A stretch of DNA of 64,000 bases from a virus (Duplodnaviria > Caudoviricetes), in IMG/VR virus record IMGVR_UViG_2597490280_000001; one strand, written 5' to 3'. The first letter of the stretch is position 1. Every line of letters begins with the position of its first letter. Position numbers and translations under genes: made by a program. The notes beneath the pieces are model-generated. The model made no database searches. It saw only the letters and a list, made by a program, of their open reading frames with translations, and had not been told where the DNA came from. Positions 51,778 through 61,043 of the stretch are shown here, in pieces.

Positions 51778-52144
51778 GCAAATAAAGTTCAGGGGTTTGA
51801 ATATTAACGGTGATTGGGCGTGTGGGAATTATGCTGTCCTTAATCGAGATTATTCAACAGTAAAAAAAGGCCATTATATATCAAATAAAGGTGGGGCGCC
51901 ATTTGCCTACATGGTACGCCCTGAATCAGTAGGTCAATTCACAGGACTAAAAGACAAAAACGGTGTTGAAATTTATGAGGGTGATAGGGTTAATTCAGGT
52001 TATTTCAAAGACTGTATAGTAGTTTTTTGGAATTCAGGCTGGCATTTTAAATCTGACGCACATAGTCATCACTCTTTTAATACAGCAAAACATTCATTTG
52101 AAGTAATTGGTAACATTCACGAGAAAGGGGGGAAAGATGCCTAA
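51770..52144 (+). CDS. YopX family protein
   Basis: RQIKFRG..VGQFTGLKDKNGVEIYEGD..EVIGNIHE. Confidence 0.9.
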   Translation: MNRQIKFRGLNINGDWACGNYAVLNRDYSTVKKGHYISNKGGAPFAYMVRPESVGQFTGLKDKNGVEIYEGDRVNSGYFKDCIVVFWNSGWHFKSDAHSHHSFNTAKHSFEVIGNIHEKGGKDA

Positions 52145-52340
52145 ATCAAAATTCAAATTTGAAAGAGTCTATTTCCTGAATAGATGGAAGCAACCTAACT
52201 ATGCTCGAAATGAAAATTGGGTGATAATTGGCATTTACAAATGGTGGTCATCACCATATTCATATGCATATATGATCGGGTTGTTCGGGTTAGAAGTAAG
52301 GTTTTGGTTTAAAAGAAGCGAGGTACAAGATGGAAAATAA
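52137..52340 (+). CDS. hypothetical protein
   Basis: start likely ATG 52137 (MPKSKF), overlapping the YopX stop. Confidence 0.5.
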   Translation: MPKSKFKFERVYFLNRWKQPNYARNENWVIIGIYKWWSSPYSYAYMIGLFGLEVRFWFKRSEVQDGK

Positions 52341-52689
52341 TCAAAAACAATTTAGCTGGATTAATAACCATTATGGTTTAAATGCTACCATTGGTCAAGA
52401 TGTACTACACGGCAAACGTAAAGGAACTATATCAAAGGATATGGGAAATTATATCGGTGTAACTTTTCATGATGATACTGACAACACCTACCCTTGCCAT
52501 CCTACCAGTGGTATCACCTATTTGGATTCTCGCACCGATTTATCAAAGTTCAAAAAAAAGAACTGGCGGTCAAAACAACGATATCAAGATTATAGAGAGG
52601 CTGGCGAATGGTATGGTGGTTCTTTCTTCGACTATCTACGGGACGAAAAATTAATTAAAAGTGGTAAATATTTCGAAAGGAGTTCCTGA
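52330..52689 (+). CDS. hypothetical phage protein
   Basis: 119 aa; GNYIGV..PCHPT motif. Confidence 0.6.
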   Translation: MENNQKQFSWINNHYGLNATIGQDVLHGKRKGTISKDMGNYIGVTFHDDTDNTYPCHPTSGITYLDSRTDLSKFKKKNWRSKQRYQDYREAGEWYGGSFFDYLRDEKLIKSGKYFERSS

Positions 52690-52952
52690 TGAGTAAAGCA
52701 ACCAAACATCAGCAAACGATTATTCACTTCGTTAGATCCCACGATAATAAAATCACGAAAAAACAAGCCTGTGAACTTATCCCCTTTTATCATAATACAG
52801 CGAAACAAGTAGGTGACATTTTATCCAGAATGGTAAAATCTAAAATGCTCAAACGTATAAAGCCTGGGCATTTTGAATTAGGTACAGGACAAAAGCAAGA
52901 TATAAATCAAATAGTCATTTTCAATCAAACAGAATTATCATTTAAATCATAA
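52689..52952 (+). CDS. winged-helix protein
   Basis: ITKKQACEL..VGDILSRMVKSKMLKRIKPGHFEL. Confidence 0.6.
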   Translation: MSKATKHQQTIIHFVRSHDNKITKKQACELIPFYHNTAKQVGDILSRMVKSKMLKRIKPGHFELGTGQKQDINQIVIFNQTELSFKS

Positions 52953-52957
52953 AAAAC

Positions 52958-53311
52958 ATGGATTACAAACAAATTGACACATTCGAGAAAGTACTCGAGA
53001 GCAAAGGTGAAACTATGGAACAGTTTCAAGAACGGACAAAATCATTAGATATCGACACTGTTGGTTACGAGAAAGTAAAAGCAATAGCTTTTGCTTTAAA
53101 TGGTGGGAAACATGTAAAAGAAGGATATTATCCATGGTTCTACAACCCTAATCGTTCGGCTGTTGGGTTTTCGTGCTTCGACTACGACTACGACCTCGGC
53201 CGCGCGAGTGTCGGTGCTCGCCACCTTTTAATTGATAGCGAAAGAGCTCGTTATGCAGGGAAAACATTCCCATTGGAGTATAGTCAATATATTAACGGAA
53301 TTACTGAATAA
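52958..53311 (+). CDS. DGR target protein 1
   Basis: contains VR1; YYPWF..VGFS-(variable)-VGAR..RARYAGKTF. Confidence 0.85.
   Translation: MDYKQIDTFEKVLESKGETMEQFQERTKSLDIDTVGYEKVKAIAFALNGGKHVKEGYYPWFYNPNRSAVGFSCFDYDYDLGRASVGARHLLIDSERARYAGKTFPLEYSQYINGITE
53154..53223 (+). repeat. DGR variable repeat VR1
   Basis: 70-nt ungapped match to TR; 15 mismatches, all opposite TR adenines. Confidence 0.95.
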
Positions 53312-53318
53312 TTAAACT

Positions 53319-53795
53319 ATGGAAAATCTAACAATTAGTAAAGAAAATGCGATAAAAGCATTTGAAGAAGCAAATGAAAAAGGAAAGACACTCCTTAAAA
53401 ATCTTTTTGGAACCAAAGTTTTTGTTAAAAACATCATTGATCAAATTGATAGTTTAGATGCTGCACTTGAATACAACGGTAAAACTAAAGAACGTTTCAA
53501 CTGGGAAACTGAACGGGATACCGATGCACAAAAAGCAGAAAAAGAAATTGAAGAAATTGCTCTTGCTCTTAGAGAGGGTAAGGAGCTAGAGATGGGGCAA
53601 CGATGGTATTATCCATATTTTTTAAAACCTACTGGTCCGGCTGTTGGGTTTTCGTCCTACGGCTACCTCTGCGACGACGGCATCGCGCGTGTCGGTGCTC
53701 GCCGATCTGTGGATACTTCAGAAAAAGCAATTTACATGGGTAAAAAGTTTATTGACATATACAACAGACTTTTAGGTCCTAATAATAACAAATAA
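53319..53795 (+). CDS. DGR target protein 2 (paralogue of target 1)
   Basis: contains VR2; YYPYF..VGFS-(variable)-VGAR..KAIYMGKKF. Confidence 0.85.
   Translation: MENLTISKENAIKAFEEANEKGKTLLKNLFGTKVFVKNIIDQIDSLDAALEYNGKTKERFNWETERDTDAQKAEKEIEEIALALREGKELEMGQRWYYPYFLKPTGPAVGFSSYGYLCDDGIARVGARRSVDTSEKAIYMGKKFIDIYNRLLGPNNNK
53631..53704 (+). repeat. DGR variable repeat VR2
   Basis: 74-nt ungapped match to TR; 17 of 18 mismatches opposite TR adenines. Confidence 0.95.
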
Positions 53796-53817
53796 GTAAA
53801 ATCAGGTTGTGTGCCGT

Positions 53818-53891
53818 ACTGGTTCAGCTGTTGAGTTTTCGTACAACGACTACAACTACGACAACGACAACGCGAATGTCAGTGCTCACAA
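53818..53891 (+). repeat. DGR template repeat (TR)
   Basis: intergenic, rich in AAC/TAC/GAC codons, directly upstream of the RT. Confidence 0.95.
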
Positions 53892-54007
53892 TGCTTTAAA
53901 ATTTACAACGGCACAAACCTTACCGAATGGTAAAAAATTAACTAATCTTAAGGGGCGTTGGTAATCTAACTCAGATGAAGACGACCCGACAAGCATAGGC
54001 GAATTTC

Positions 54008-54961
54008 ATGAAAAGAATAAGTAATCTATACGATCAAATCTGTAGCATTGACAATATATTGCTTGCAGATAAGATAGCACGCAAAGGAAAATCTCGACAA
54101 TCTGGAGTAATAAATTTTGATAAAAATTATGATCAAAATATAGCAGATATCTATCGCGAACTAATCACAAAAACCTACAAAACATCAACTTACAGGTACG
54201 AAACAATTTACGAACCAAAAGAAAGACAAATTGCAATTCTGCCCTATCGTGATCGCATTGTTCATCATGCTATCATGAATATTTTGGAGCCTGTTTTTGT
54301 GAGCCTGTTTACTGCCGATACATATAGTTGCATAAAAGGACGGGGTGTACACAAAGCAAGCTATGCTTTACGTGATGCATTAAAGAAGGTCAATGAGACA
54401 ACATATTGCTTACAACTTGATATACGTAAGTTTTATCCATCTGTTGATAATGATATCTTAAAAACCTTATTAAGGAAAAAAATAAAAGATAAAGAAATGC
54501 TTTCCTTACTTGATGGCATTATCGACAGTTCTGAAGGATTGCCGATCGGGAATTATCTCAGCCAATACCTGTCCAACTTTTATTTGACATACATGGATCA
54601 CCATATCAAAGAAGTCTTGGGTATCCGCCACTACTTCAGATATGCAGATGATATGATAATCCTACATGCAGATAAATCATATTTGCACTACATACATCAA
54701 GAAATATCAAGTTATCTGTCCTCACGTCTTAAACTTAGGTTAAAACCTAACCGAGGACCATTTCCAGTGTCATTGGGAATTGACTTTGGAGGGTACAAAC
54801 ATTATCATACTCATACAATGTTAAGAAAGGGTATTAAAAAGAATTTTGCTCGAGCGGTCAAAGCAAATAAACCAAAATCTAGTATAAACAGCTACTTAGG
54901 CTGGGCATCACATTGCGACTCCAAAAACTTTATAAAGAAAATATTAAATGAGAAACTTTAG
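54008..54961 (+). CDS. DGR reverse transcriptase
   Basis: EPKER, YRDRIVHHA, LDIRKFYPS, GLPIGNYLSQ (DGR-type SQ motif), RYADD, GIDFGGY; 317 aa. Confidence 0.95.
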   Translation: MKRISNLYDQICSIDNILLADKIARKGKSRQSGVINFDKNYDQNIADIYRELITKTYKTSTYRYETIYEPKERQIAILPYRDRIVHHAIMNILEPVFVSLFTADTYSCIKGRGVHKASYALRDALKKVNETTYCLQLDIRKFYPSVDNDILKTLLRKKIKDKEMLSLLDGIIDSSEGLPIGNYLSQYLSNFYLTYMDHHIKEVLGIRHYFRYADDMIILHADKSYLHYIHQEISSYLSSRLKLRLKPNRGPFPVSLGIDFGGYKHYHTHTMLRKGIKKNFARAVKANKPKSSINSYLGWASHCDSKNFIKKILNEKL

Positions 54962-55250
54962 CGATTTCAACATTCAAATAAACAGATTCGAAGGAAAAAA
55001 AATAGAAATGGACGATGTTATTGACCAGGATATTCAAATACTTGATTATAAGATAGAACCCTCAAAATATCCAGAAAAAGGTAATGGTCTGAGATTAACA
55101 CTTCAAATAAAATTTGAAGGGAAAAATCGTATAATATTTACCAGTTCAGTAATACTACAAGAACAATGCATAAAAGTAAGAGCAGTCGATGGATTTCCAT
55201 TTACTGCTAAAATCATCTCTTTGAAACCCAAAGGGTTTAAATTCATATAA
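54948..55250 (+). CDS. small protein overlapping the RT 3' end (candidate DGR accessory factor)
   Basis: 100 aa, beta-rich, 14-nt overlap with the RT. Confidence 0.6.
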   Translation: MRNFSDFNIQINRFEGKKIEMDDVIDQDIQILDYKIEPSKYPEKGNGLRLTLQIKFEGKNRIIFTSSVILQEQCIKVRAVDGFPFTAKIISLKPKGFKFI

Positions 55251-55268
55251 AATCTTTAATTTTGCTTT

Positions 55269-55493
55269 ATGGACATGAATGAATACCTAAACAAACATAT
55301 AGGATCGGAGATCCAAAAAGCTCGTAAAGAAGCAGGAATGACACAAGAAGAATTGGCAATTAAAGTTGGTTTTTCTACTCGAAACGCCCTCGCTAATGTA
55401 GAGTCTGGAGCAAAAGCAGTTTCTATATCAAAAATTGCTCAAATTTGTGAAATTCTCAATCTAGAAACTGTGTTTTTTTTACGCAAAAAATAG
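55269..55493 (+). CDS. XRE-family HTH regulator
   Basis: IQKARKEAGMTQEELA..LANVESG. Confidence 0.9.
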   Translation: MDMNEYLNKHIGSEIQKARKEAGMTQEELAIKVGFSTRNALANVESGAKAVSISKIAQICEILNLETVFFLRKK

Positions 55494-55528
55494 AGGGGAT
55501 GCTACAATAATAAGTAGCACCCCCTCTA
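55491..55528. terminator. hairpin between convergent operons
   Basis: TAGAGGGGATGCTAC...GTAGCACCCCCTCTA. Confidence 0.6.
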
Positions 55529-55547
55529 TATATAAAATAATATATAA

Positions 55548-55874
55548 CTACCTTCCTAACAAATAATTACCAATTACATCTTTTGCCAATTTTCCTTCTA
55601 TTTTACTTAAGTCTTTATAATAGTCATTTAATATCATTAGGTCATCTATAGAATCAGCTTCAAATTCAGGCATAGCAATGACTAAACACCCTTTTATAAA
55701 GTCAATAACACCATATTCTTCGAAGTTATCCCCATCCAATACACCTTTCAGCATAACAACATCCCCAACCATGATCATTTCACCACTACTATACTCAAAT
55801 GGAGTCGCCAGATTTAAAATATCATTTAAAGCATCCTCCACTAGAGAGGTTAATAAGTAATCATGTGTTTTCAT
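55548..55874 (-). CDS. hypothetical acidic protein
   Basis: 108-aa ORF downstream of the helicase. Confidence 0.55.
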   Translation of the reverse strand: MKTHDYLLTSLVEDALNDILNLATPFEYSSGEMIMVGDVVMLKGVLDGDNFEEYGVIDFIKGCLVIAMPEFEADSIDDLMILNDYYKDLSKIEGKLAKDVIGNYLLGR

Positions 55875-55903
55875 ATCTTTTATTGTTTTATATCAGTTTT
55901 TAA

Positions 55904-57379
55904 TTAAAAGGGAGCATCATCGACATCAAAATTTTCACTTTCGGAGAAATCCCTTTGAAGGCTATCATTATTAGTAAAATTACTAAAACTATTAGTATCA
56001 ACAAAGTTTTGTTGAGAAGTTATTGAATCTTGCCAATCTTTAAACTTCGTATATTTCCCAATGAACTCAATAGCAATATCATCTGTTTCCCCATGCCTAT
56101 TTTTTGCCAGTATTAATTCTGCCAAACCTGCAGTACTTTCTCCATTCACATTTTCATTTATTCCATAATATTCTGGTCGATAAAGAAACATTACCGCATC
56201 TGCATCTTGCTCAATTGATCCTGATTCACGTAAATCGGAAAGCATAGGTCTTTTGTTCGGCCTAGATTCCACTGCCCTACTAAGTTGTGACAAAGCCAGT
56301 ACTGGAACATCCAATTCCTTTGCTACTGATTTCAGCATCCTTGAAATGCTACCTATCTCCTGTTCACGATTCCCTTTACCATCCTTTTCACCGGTCATCA
56401 ATTGCAGATAATCAACTATAATCATCTCAATATTATATTTAGCCTTTAAACGGCGACATTTAGCTCTAAATTCAAGTATTTTAATAGCAGGCGTATCATC
56501 CCAAAAAATTGGAGCATTTTCAATTATTTGCCCAACAATTTCCAACTGTTTAATATCATTTTCATTCAAGCATGATGGTTTATTTAATTTAAAAAGTGGA
56601 ATTTCTCCAACAATTGACATTTGCTTTCTCATTAATTGTTCTGCAGTCATTTCAAGTGAAAAAACTGCAACCGCTTTATTGAAATCAATTGCCGCGTTAA
56701 AAGCAAACGAAAGGGCTAGAGAAGTTTTTCCCATTGCTGGTCGAGCTGCTAAAATAGCAAGGTGTCCTGGCTGCCAACCTCCTGTTAAGCGATCTAACTC
56801 AGTGAATCCAGAAGGAACTCCAGTAAAATCAACATCCCTACTAGCTATAATACTTTTAAAAGTTTGTTGATATAATTGAGCATTACTTAATTCCTTCTTT
56901 GTAATAATAATACTCTGTAAATCATCTCTTTTTACAGAATTTTCTGAAAGGATATCAAACACATCCTTCTGCCCCATATAACAATCTTCAATTGTATTAG
57001 AGCTCGATTTTATAAGATCACGTAAAATATGTTTTTCAACTATAATCCTGCAATGATGCTCAATATTAGCTGATGAAATAACTCGATCAATTAATTGAGT
57101 AATAAAATATGCACCTCCTAATTTTTCTAAAACTCGCTTTTTTCGTAACTGATTAGTTAACGTCATCATATCCAAAGGGATCAATGATTTATACATTTCA
57201 ATCATTGTTTTATACAAAAGCACATGCTTCTCACTATAAAACATCTCAGGAAGTGGAAGGATCTCTAAAACTGTATCAATAACACCTTTTTCAGATAAGA
57301 TAGTTCCCAATACTACTTCTTCTAAATCTGTCGCGTTAGGCGGTAACTTTGACATCTGTAAACCCTTAATATCCCCCAT
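55904..57379 (-). CDS. dnaB: replicative DNA helicase
   Basis: AARPAMGKT, FSLEM, VDYLQL, LSQLSR, DLRESGSIEQDAD, KNRHG. Confidence 0.95.
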   Translation of the reverse strand: MGDIKGLQMSKLPPNATDLEEVVLGTILSEKGVIDTVLEILPLPEMFYSEKHVLLYKTMIEMYKSLIPLDMMTLTNQLRKKRVLEKLGGAYFITQLIDRVISSANIEHHCRIIVEKHILRDLIKSSSNTIEDCYMGQKDVFDILSENSVKRDDLQSIIITKKELSNAQLYQQTFKSIIASRDVDFTGVPSGFTELDRLTGGWQPGHLAILAARPAMGKTSLALSFAFNAAIDFNKAVAVFSLEMTAEQLMRKQMSIVGEIPLFKLNKPSCLNENDIKQLEIVGQIIENAPIFWDDTPAIKILEFRAKCRRLKAKYNIEMIIVDYLQLMTGEKDGKGNREQEIGSISRMLKSVAKELDVPVLALSQLSRAVESRPNKRPMLSDLRESGSIEQDADAVMFLYRPEYYGINENVNGESTAGLAELILAKNRHGETDDIAIEFIGKYTKFKDWQDSITSQQNFVDTNSFSNFTNNDSLQRDFSESENFDVDDAPF

Positions 57380-57391
57380 CGTATCAGCATA

Positions 57392-58066
57392 TTATTTTTT
57401 CGGAAGCAAGCCTACTTGTCGCTTCTCGAAATTTGTTAATTCCACTTTCTTAGCCACATTTGGCTCATCTACTGCATTTATAAATCTATCAAGAACATCT
57501 GCGCGAAGTATATAAGAAGCTGTAATAAACTTCAACCCATTCTCGAGATGATACTTATCTTTAACAGCTCTACTTAAAGCTTTGAATATAACTGATGAAT
57601 TATATCCCTCCTTAATTCTACTTCTTAAAAGTCCTTTTGCTTTATCAGTCATTTTATGATCAGAAGCCTTGGCCTTACTTCCACCCTTAATTTCATTAAA
57701 TCTCTTTATGAAATATGCAAATCTCTCCTCCCAACTAGCTTCAGGTTTTTTAACTTCCATTGTTCCGAACAAAGTTGGAACCTCAACAACTGGACTATTT
57801 ATAATAGTAGATTCCTCTGTAACTTGTATTATCCACTTCTTATCTCCCGATAAAGGATATTTACTTATTAAATACTGTGCAAACTTTTCACTCCTGGACA
57901 TACCCCATCCAAATTTATCCGAAATATGCCTAGTACGGATGCAATATTTACCATCCAACTCAATTGTCGCCATTGCATCTAAGAGTGCTTCAGCACGAGA
58001 AAAAGTTCTTTTCTCTTCCCATTCTTTAGATTTAAAGAATGCAAGATCAATGGATAGTTTAGACAT
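57392..58066 (-). CDS. putative phage replication initiator
   Basis: upstream of dnaB; WEEKRTFSRAEALLD N-terminus; FITASYILR C-terminal motif. Confidence 0.55.
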   Translation of the reverse strand: MSKLSIDLAFFKSKEWEEKRTFSRAEALLDAMATIELDGKYCIRTRHISDKFGWGMSRSEKFAQYLISKYPLSGDKKWIIQVTEESTIINSPVVEVPTLFGTMEVKKPEASWEERFAYFIKRFNEIKGGSKAKASDHKMTDKAKGLLRSRIKEGYNSSVIFKALSRAVKDKYHLENGLKFITASYILRADVLDRFINAVDEPNVAKKVELTNFEKRQVGLLPKK

Positions 58067-58083
58067 AGTCGTAATGGCATTTA

Positions 58084-58818
58084 TTAAAAAGGTCTTTTAT
58101 CAAATGGATCAATAATTAATCCTGTTTTAGCAATTGAAACACGTTTTCCTGTATTTTCAATTACAGTTTTAATATAAGATTGAGCATCGCTGTTTGTTGA
58201 AGATAGGTGACACAGTACTATATTATTTACTGCAGAAAGATCATTTTTACCCAAAGTCAACATTGTAGTCTCAAAACTCATATGGTCTTCTAAAATTCTA
58301 TTTCTCAAGAATTTCATTTCATCTTTCAATTTCGAATCTAATATTTCTTGAGAAAAATTAGCCTCAATAATTATATTATTAAGATTTGGAAATGTATAAG
58401 GCACATACGTTGTATCTGTCACAAATAAAGTATCTCCCATTTCAGCATGATTAATTAGGTATCCAACAATAGGTACATTATGTTGCAATTCAAATGGCAT
58501 AATCTTATATGGTCCGATAATAAATTCTTTCCTGGGAACTACTGGATTGTAGAAAAAATCATAATCTTTAATAGTCGTAATGGTTTCTTTCAACGCAAAT
58601 ATTTTCAAACCAAATTTTCTAGCTTGGACCACATATTTACAGTGATCGGAATGCGAATGAGTAATCAATACACCTTGCACATTTGCTACATCGTAATCAA
58701 TAGCTTCCATTGCATTTGAGAATTTCACCCCAGCTTCCAAGATTAGTGTTTTTCCCTCACTATCGGTAAATAGGTAGCAGTTCCCCTTGGATCCACTACC
58801 TATAACTTGAAATCTCAT
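58084..58818 (-). CDS. MBL-fold metallo-hydrolase
   Basis: GSGSKGNCY, THSHSDH, FVTDT, IEAN, HMS, HLS. Confidence 0.9.
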   Translation of the reverse strand: MRFQVIGSGSKGNCYLFTDSEGKTLILEAGVKFSNAMEAIDYDVANVQGVLITHSHSDHCKYVVQARKFGLKIFALKETITTIKDYDFFYNPVVPRKEFIIGPYKIMPFELQHNVPIVGYLINHAEMGDTLFVTDTTYVPYTFPNLNNIIIEANFSQEILDSKLKDEMKFLRNRILEDHMSFETTMLTLGKNDLSAVNNIVLCHLSSTNSDAQSYIKTVIENTGKRVSIAKTGLIIDPFDKRPF

Positions 58819-58820
58819 AT

Positions 58821-59699
58821 TTAGAATCCACGTTTTCTTTCTCCAACAGGATTCCCCTCATTTGGACTAGAAGTATCAAAATTTTCAGTTCGAGCCTCCT
58901 CCATTGCAGTGGGCTTTGGATTATCTTTATCTGGTTGTTCAGAAAATTTTAATTCTTCAGCATTAGCTTTTTCTTTAATTTCATTTTTAACTTTCTCAGC
59001 GGTAACATCAATATGATCAACATCTATAGTATCACTCATATCTTGAATTTCCTCTGTAGTTTTAATTCCCATTGATAATTCTGGTGCATAACTATTTGTC
59101 CAAAAAGTAACTGCACGATATTGTAGCATAAGCGGCGACATCGTCTTCCATTTGCTACCATCCTTAGTCATCCATCCCTCTTCAATAGCCATTTTTATAG
59201 TTACCGCAACTGACTCCATTACCTCATCACTCCCACGTTCACTTGTATAAGCAATACATTCAAAATTTTCAATTGGGCCTTTAAAAACTGATTTCTTAGC
59301 AATTTTTTTACGAAGTCCTGGATCCCAAACATGCTCTGTATATTCTACATTTTCAATCATTCCCAATGAAGTATGCTTATATTTCATCTTATTATATTGT
59401 CCACACGCATTCACTGTCGCAGTTAAAAATTTAGCAGACCAGGAAGGAGTACCCTGGATGATATTTAAATTTTGCATAACCAAAAGAGGATCTGCGCCAA
59501 TTCTTTGAGCTGTAGAAATTGCAATCATACAATTGGCGATTGCCTTTTCTTTTGGGTTTTTGTCACTTACACGATATCTCTCTGGCACCAACTCACTATT
59601 AGAAAACATTGTAGAAATTCTCTGCATTGTCTCAAATTGTTGAGGATCAAAAAAATTAATCTCCCTATTTTGACTGGATTTTACTAATTGATTACTCAT
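58821..59699 (-). CDS. RecT-like single-strand annealing protein
   Basis: SELVP..NCMIA..PLLVMQNL..SKWKTM..MLQYRA..PELSMGI. Confidence 0.75.
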   Translation of the reverse strand: MSNQLVKSSQNREINFFDPQQFETMQRISTMFSNSELVPERYRVSDKNPKEKAIANCMIAISTAQRIGADPLLVMQNLNIIQGTPSWSAKFLTATVNACGQYNKMKYKHTSLGMIENVEYTEHVWDPGLRKKIAKKSVFKGPIENFECIAYTSERGSDEVMESVAVTIKMAIEEGWMTKDGSKWKTMSPLMLQYRAVTFWTNSYAPELSMGIKTTEEIQDMSDTIDVDHIDVTAEKVKNEIKEKANAEELKFSEQPDKDNPKPTAMEEARTENFDTSSPNEGNPVGERKRGF

Positions 59700-59863
59700 T
59701 TTATTACTTTTTTATATATACAATAACTTAGACGTTCACTACTCAATGGCATTTTAATTTTATTACACCAATGAATCCATTTATTAGAAGCATCTCTAAA
59801 TACACAATCATCACATGAAACTTTTATAGATGAATTTAATGGTGCAATAATTTTCTTGGCCAC
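59696..59863 (-). CDS. small Cys-containing protein (55 aa, not in the ORF track)
   Basis: GTG start and TGA overlap both neighbours; CDDC..C..C. Confidence 0.45.
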   Translation of the reverse strand: MAKKIIAPLNSSIKVSCDDCVFRDASNKWIHWCNKIKMPLSSERLSYCIYKKVIK

Positions 59864-60585
59864 TATTCTTCGATAATTAAAATTAATTCAGAAATATCCT
59901 TGATATTCTTGATCTGTTCATCAAAAATAGTATCCCTAAACTCTTCAATCACATCATTTGCAACTGGACTAACCAGCGTACAATTAAGAGATGCAGGATC
60001 GATATATACCTCAACTTCAAAAGAAATTTTACTTTGTCCTTTGAAAAGAGGCATTCTCAAATTAAACTTTTCAGGAATATTTGATTCTACTGCTTGAGCC
60101 TTTAATTGCACCACATCACCTCGATTATTATTCGACTGTTCAATTTGTTTGTTCACCTTTGCCTTAAAGTTTTTTAAAGCATGGACCAAAGTCATTGCAA
60201 CGGCAGGATCTTCAAAATGAGATCTATTCATCTTAAACATATCAGCCAATGGCTCAGGAGCAGTATACTCTCCTTTATTTATTCCAAATTTTTGGAATAA
60301 AGGATGAGGAACTAATATCCCTTTAATAGTGTTTAGAAGAGGATTATGTTCATCTACAACCATTGTAATCGTATTTTTCTCTCTATTAACAAGTACGTGA
60401 CATTTCGACGGATCAATTATATCTATCCTTTTTTCCAAGTAACGAACAGGAGAGTCTATTACACCTACAATCTCAACATCTAGATCACGTTCCAATTCAA
60501 GAGCCTTACCTTCGCGTAGAGTTAGTTGAGTTTCTCCACCTGCAATAGCTGCTAAAACAGCTTCGTTTTTAATTTCTTTATTCAT
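59863..60585 (-). CDS. conserved hypothetical phage protein
   Basis: 240-aa ORF in the recombination operon. Confidence 0.6.
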   Translation of the reverse strand: MNKEIKNEAVLAAIAGGETQLTLREGKALELERDLDVEIVGVIDSPVRYLEKRIDIIDPSKCHVLVNREKNTITMVVDEHNPLLNTIKGILVPHPLFQKFGINKGEYTAPEPLADMFKMNRSHFEDPAVAMTLVHALKNFKAKVNKQIEQSNNNRGDVVQLKAQAVESNIPEKFNLRMPLFKGQSKISFEVEVYIDPASLNCTLVSPVANDVIEEFRDTIFDEQIKNIKDISELILIIEE

Positions 60586-60590
60586 TTTAA

Positions 60591-61016
60591 TTAATCGTTT
60601 GTGCCTTCCTTAGGCATTTGAAAAATTGACTTTTGTCTTTCTTGTGGGAATATTGGCCTCTGCTGTACCATATCCCCGATAGCATTATAGTATCCAACTT
60701 GACCACTATCATGATCAACAAATTTAAAACAAGCCTCTTTCACGGCTATCGCTTTAAACTTAATATTGTCCTGAACCCCTGACAACTCATTTTTTAAGGG
60801 TTTTTGTTTAGATTTTATGTTAGACACAAAATCTTTTTTCTCTGACTCCAAGTCTTTTATTTCTATAGAAATTTCCGCATGGCGCTCTTTCATTGCCAAT
60901 AATTCATCAGGACCGAATTGCTTCATATAGTTGATTTCCTCAACTGAATCCGCGTTATCCCTTAAGAAATCTGCTCTTTCAGCAATAGGGAGATCTTCAC
61001 CTAAAATTTTTCTCAT
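60591..61016 (-). CDS. hypothetical coiled-coil protein
   Basis: 141-aa ORF. Confidence 0.6.
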   Translation of the reverse strand: MRKILGEDLPIAERADFLRDNADSVEEINYMKQFGPDELLAMKERHAEISIEIKDLESEKKDFVSNIKSKQKPLKNELSGVQDNIKFKAIAVKEACFKFVDHDSGQVGYYNAIGDMVQQRPIFPQERQKSIFQMPKEGTND

Positions 61017-61043
61017 GATTTACTCGATTTTAATTAACTAATT

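Noticed and set aside
54008-54961. RT as group II intron, retron or Abi RT
   Set aside because: Short (317 aa), SQ motif, no maturase/endonuclease or retron VTG motif, and adjacent TR/VR pairs with adenine-specific mismatches
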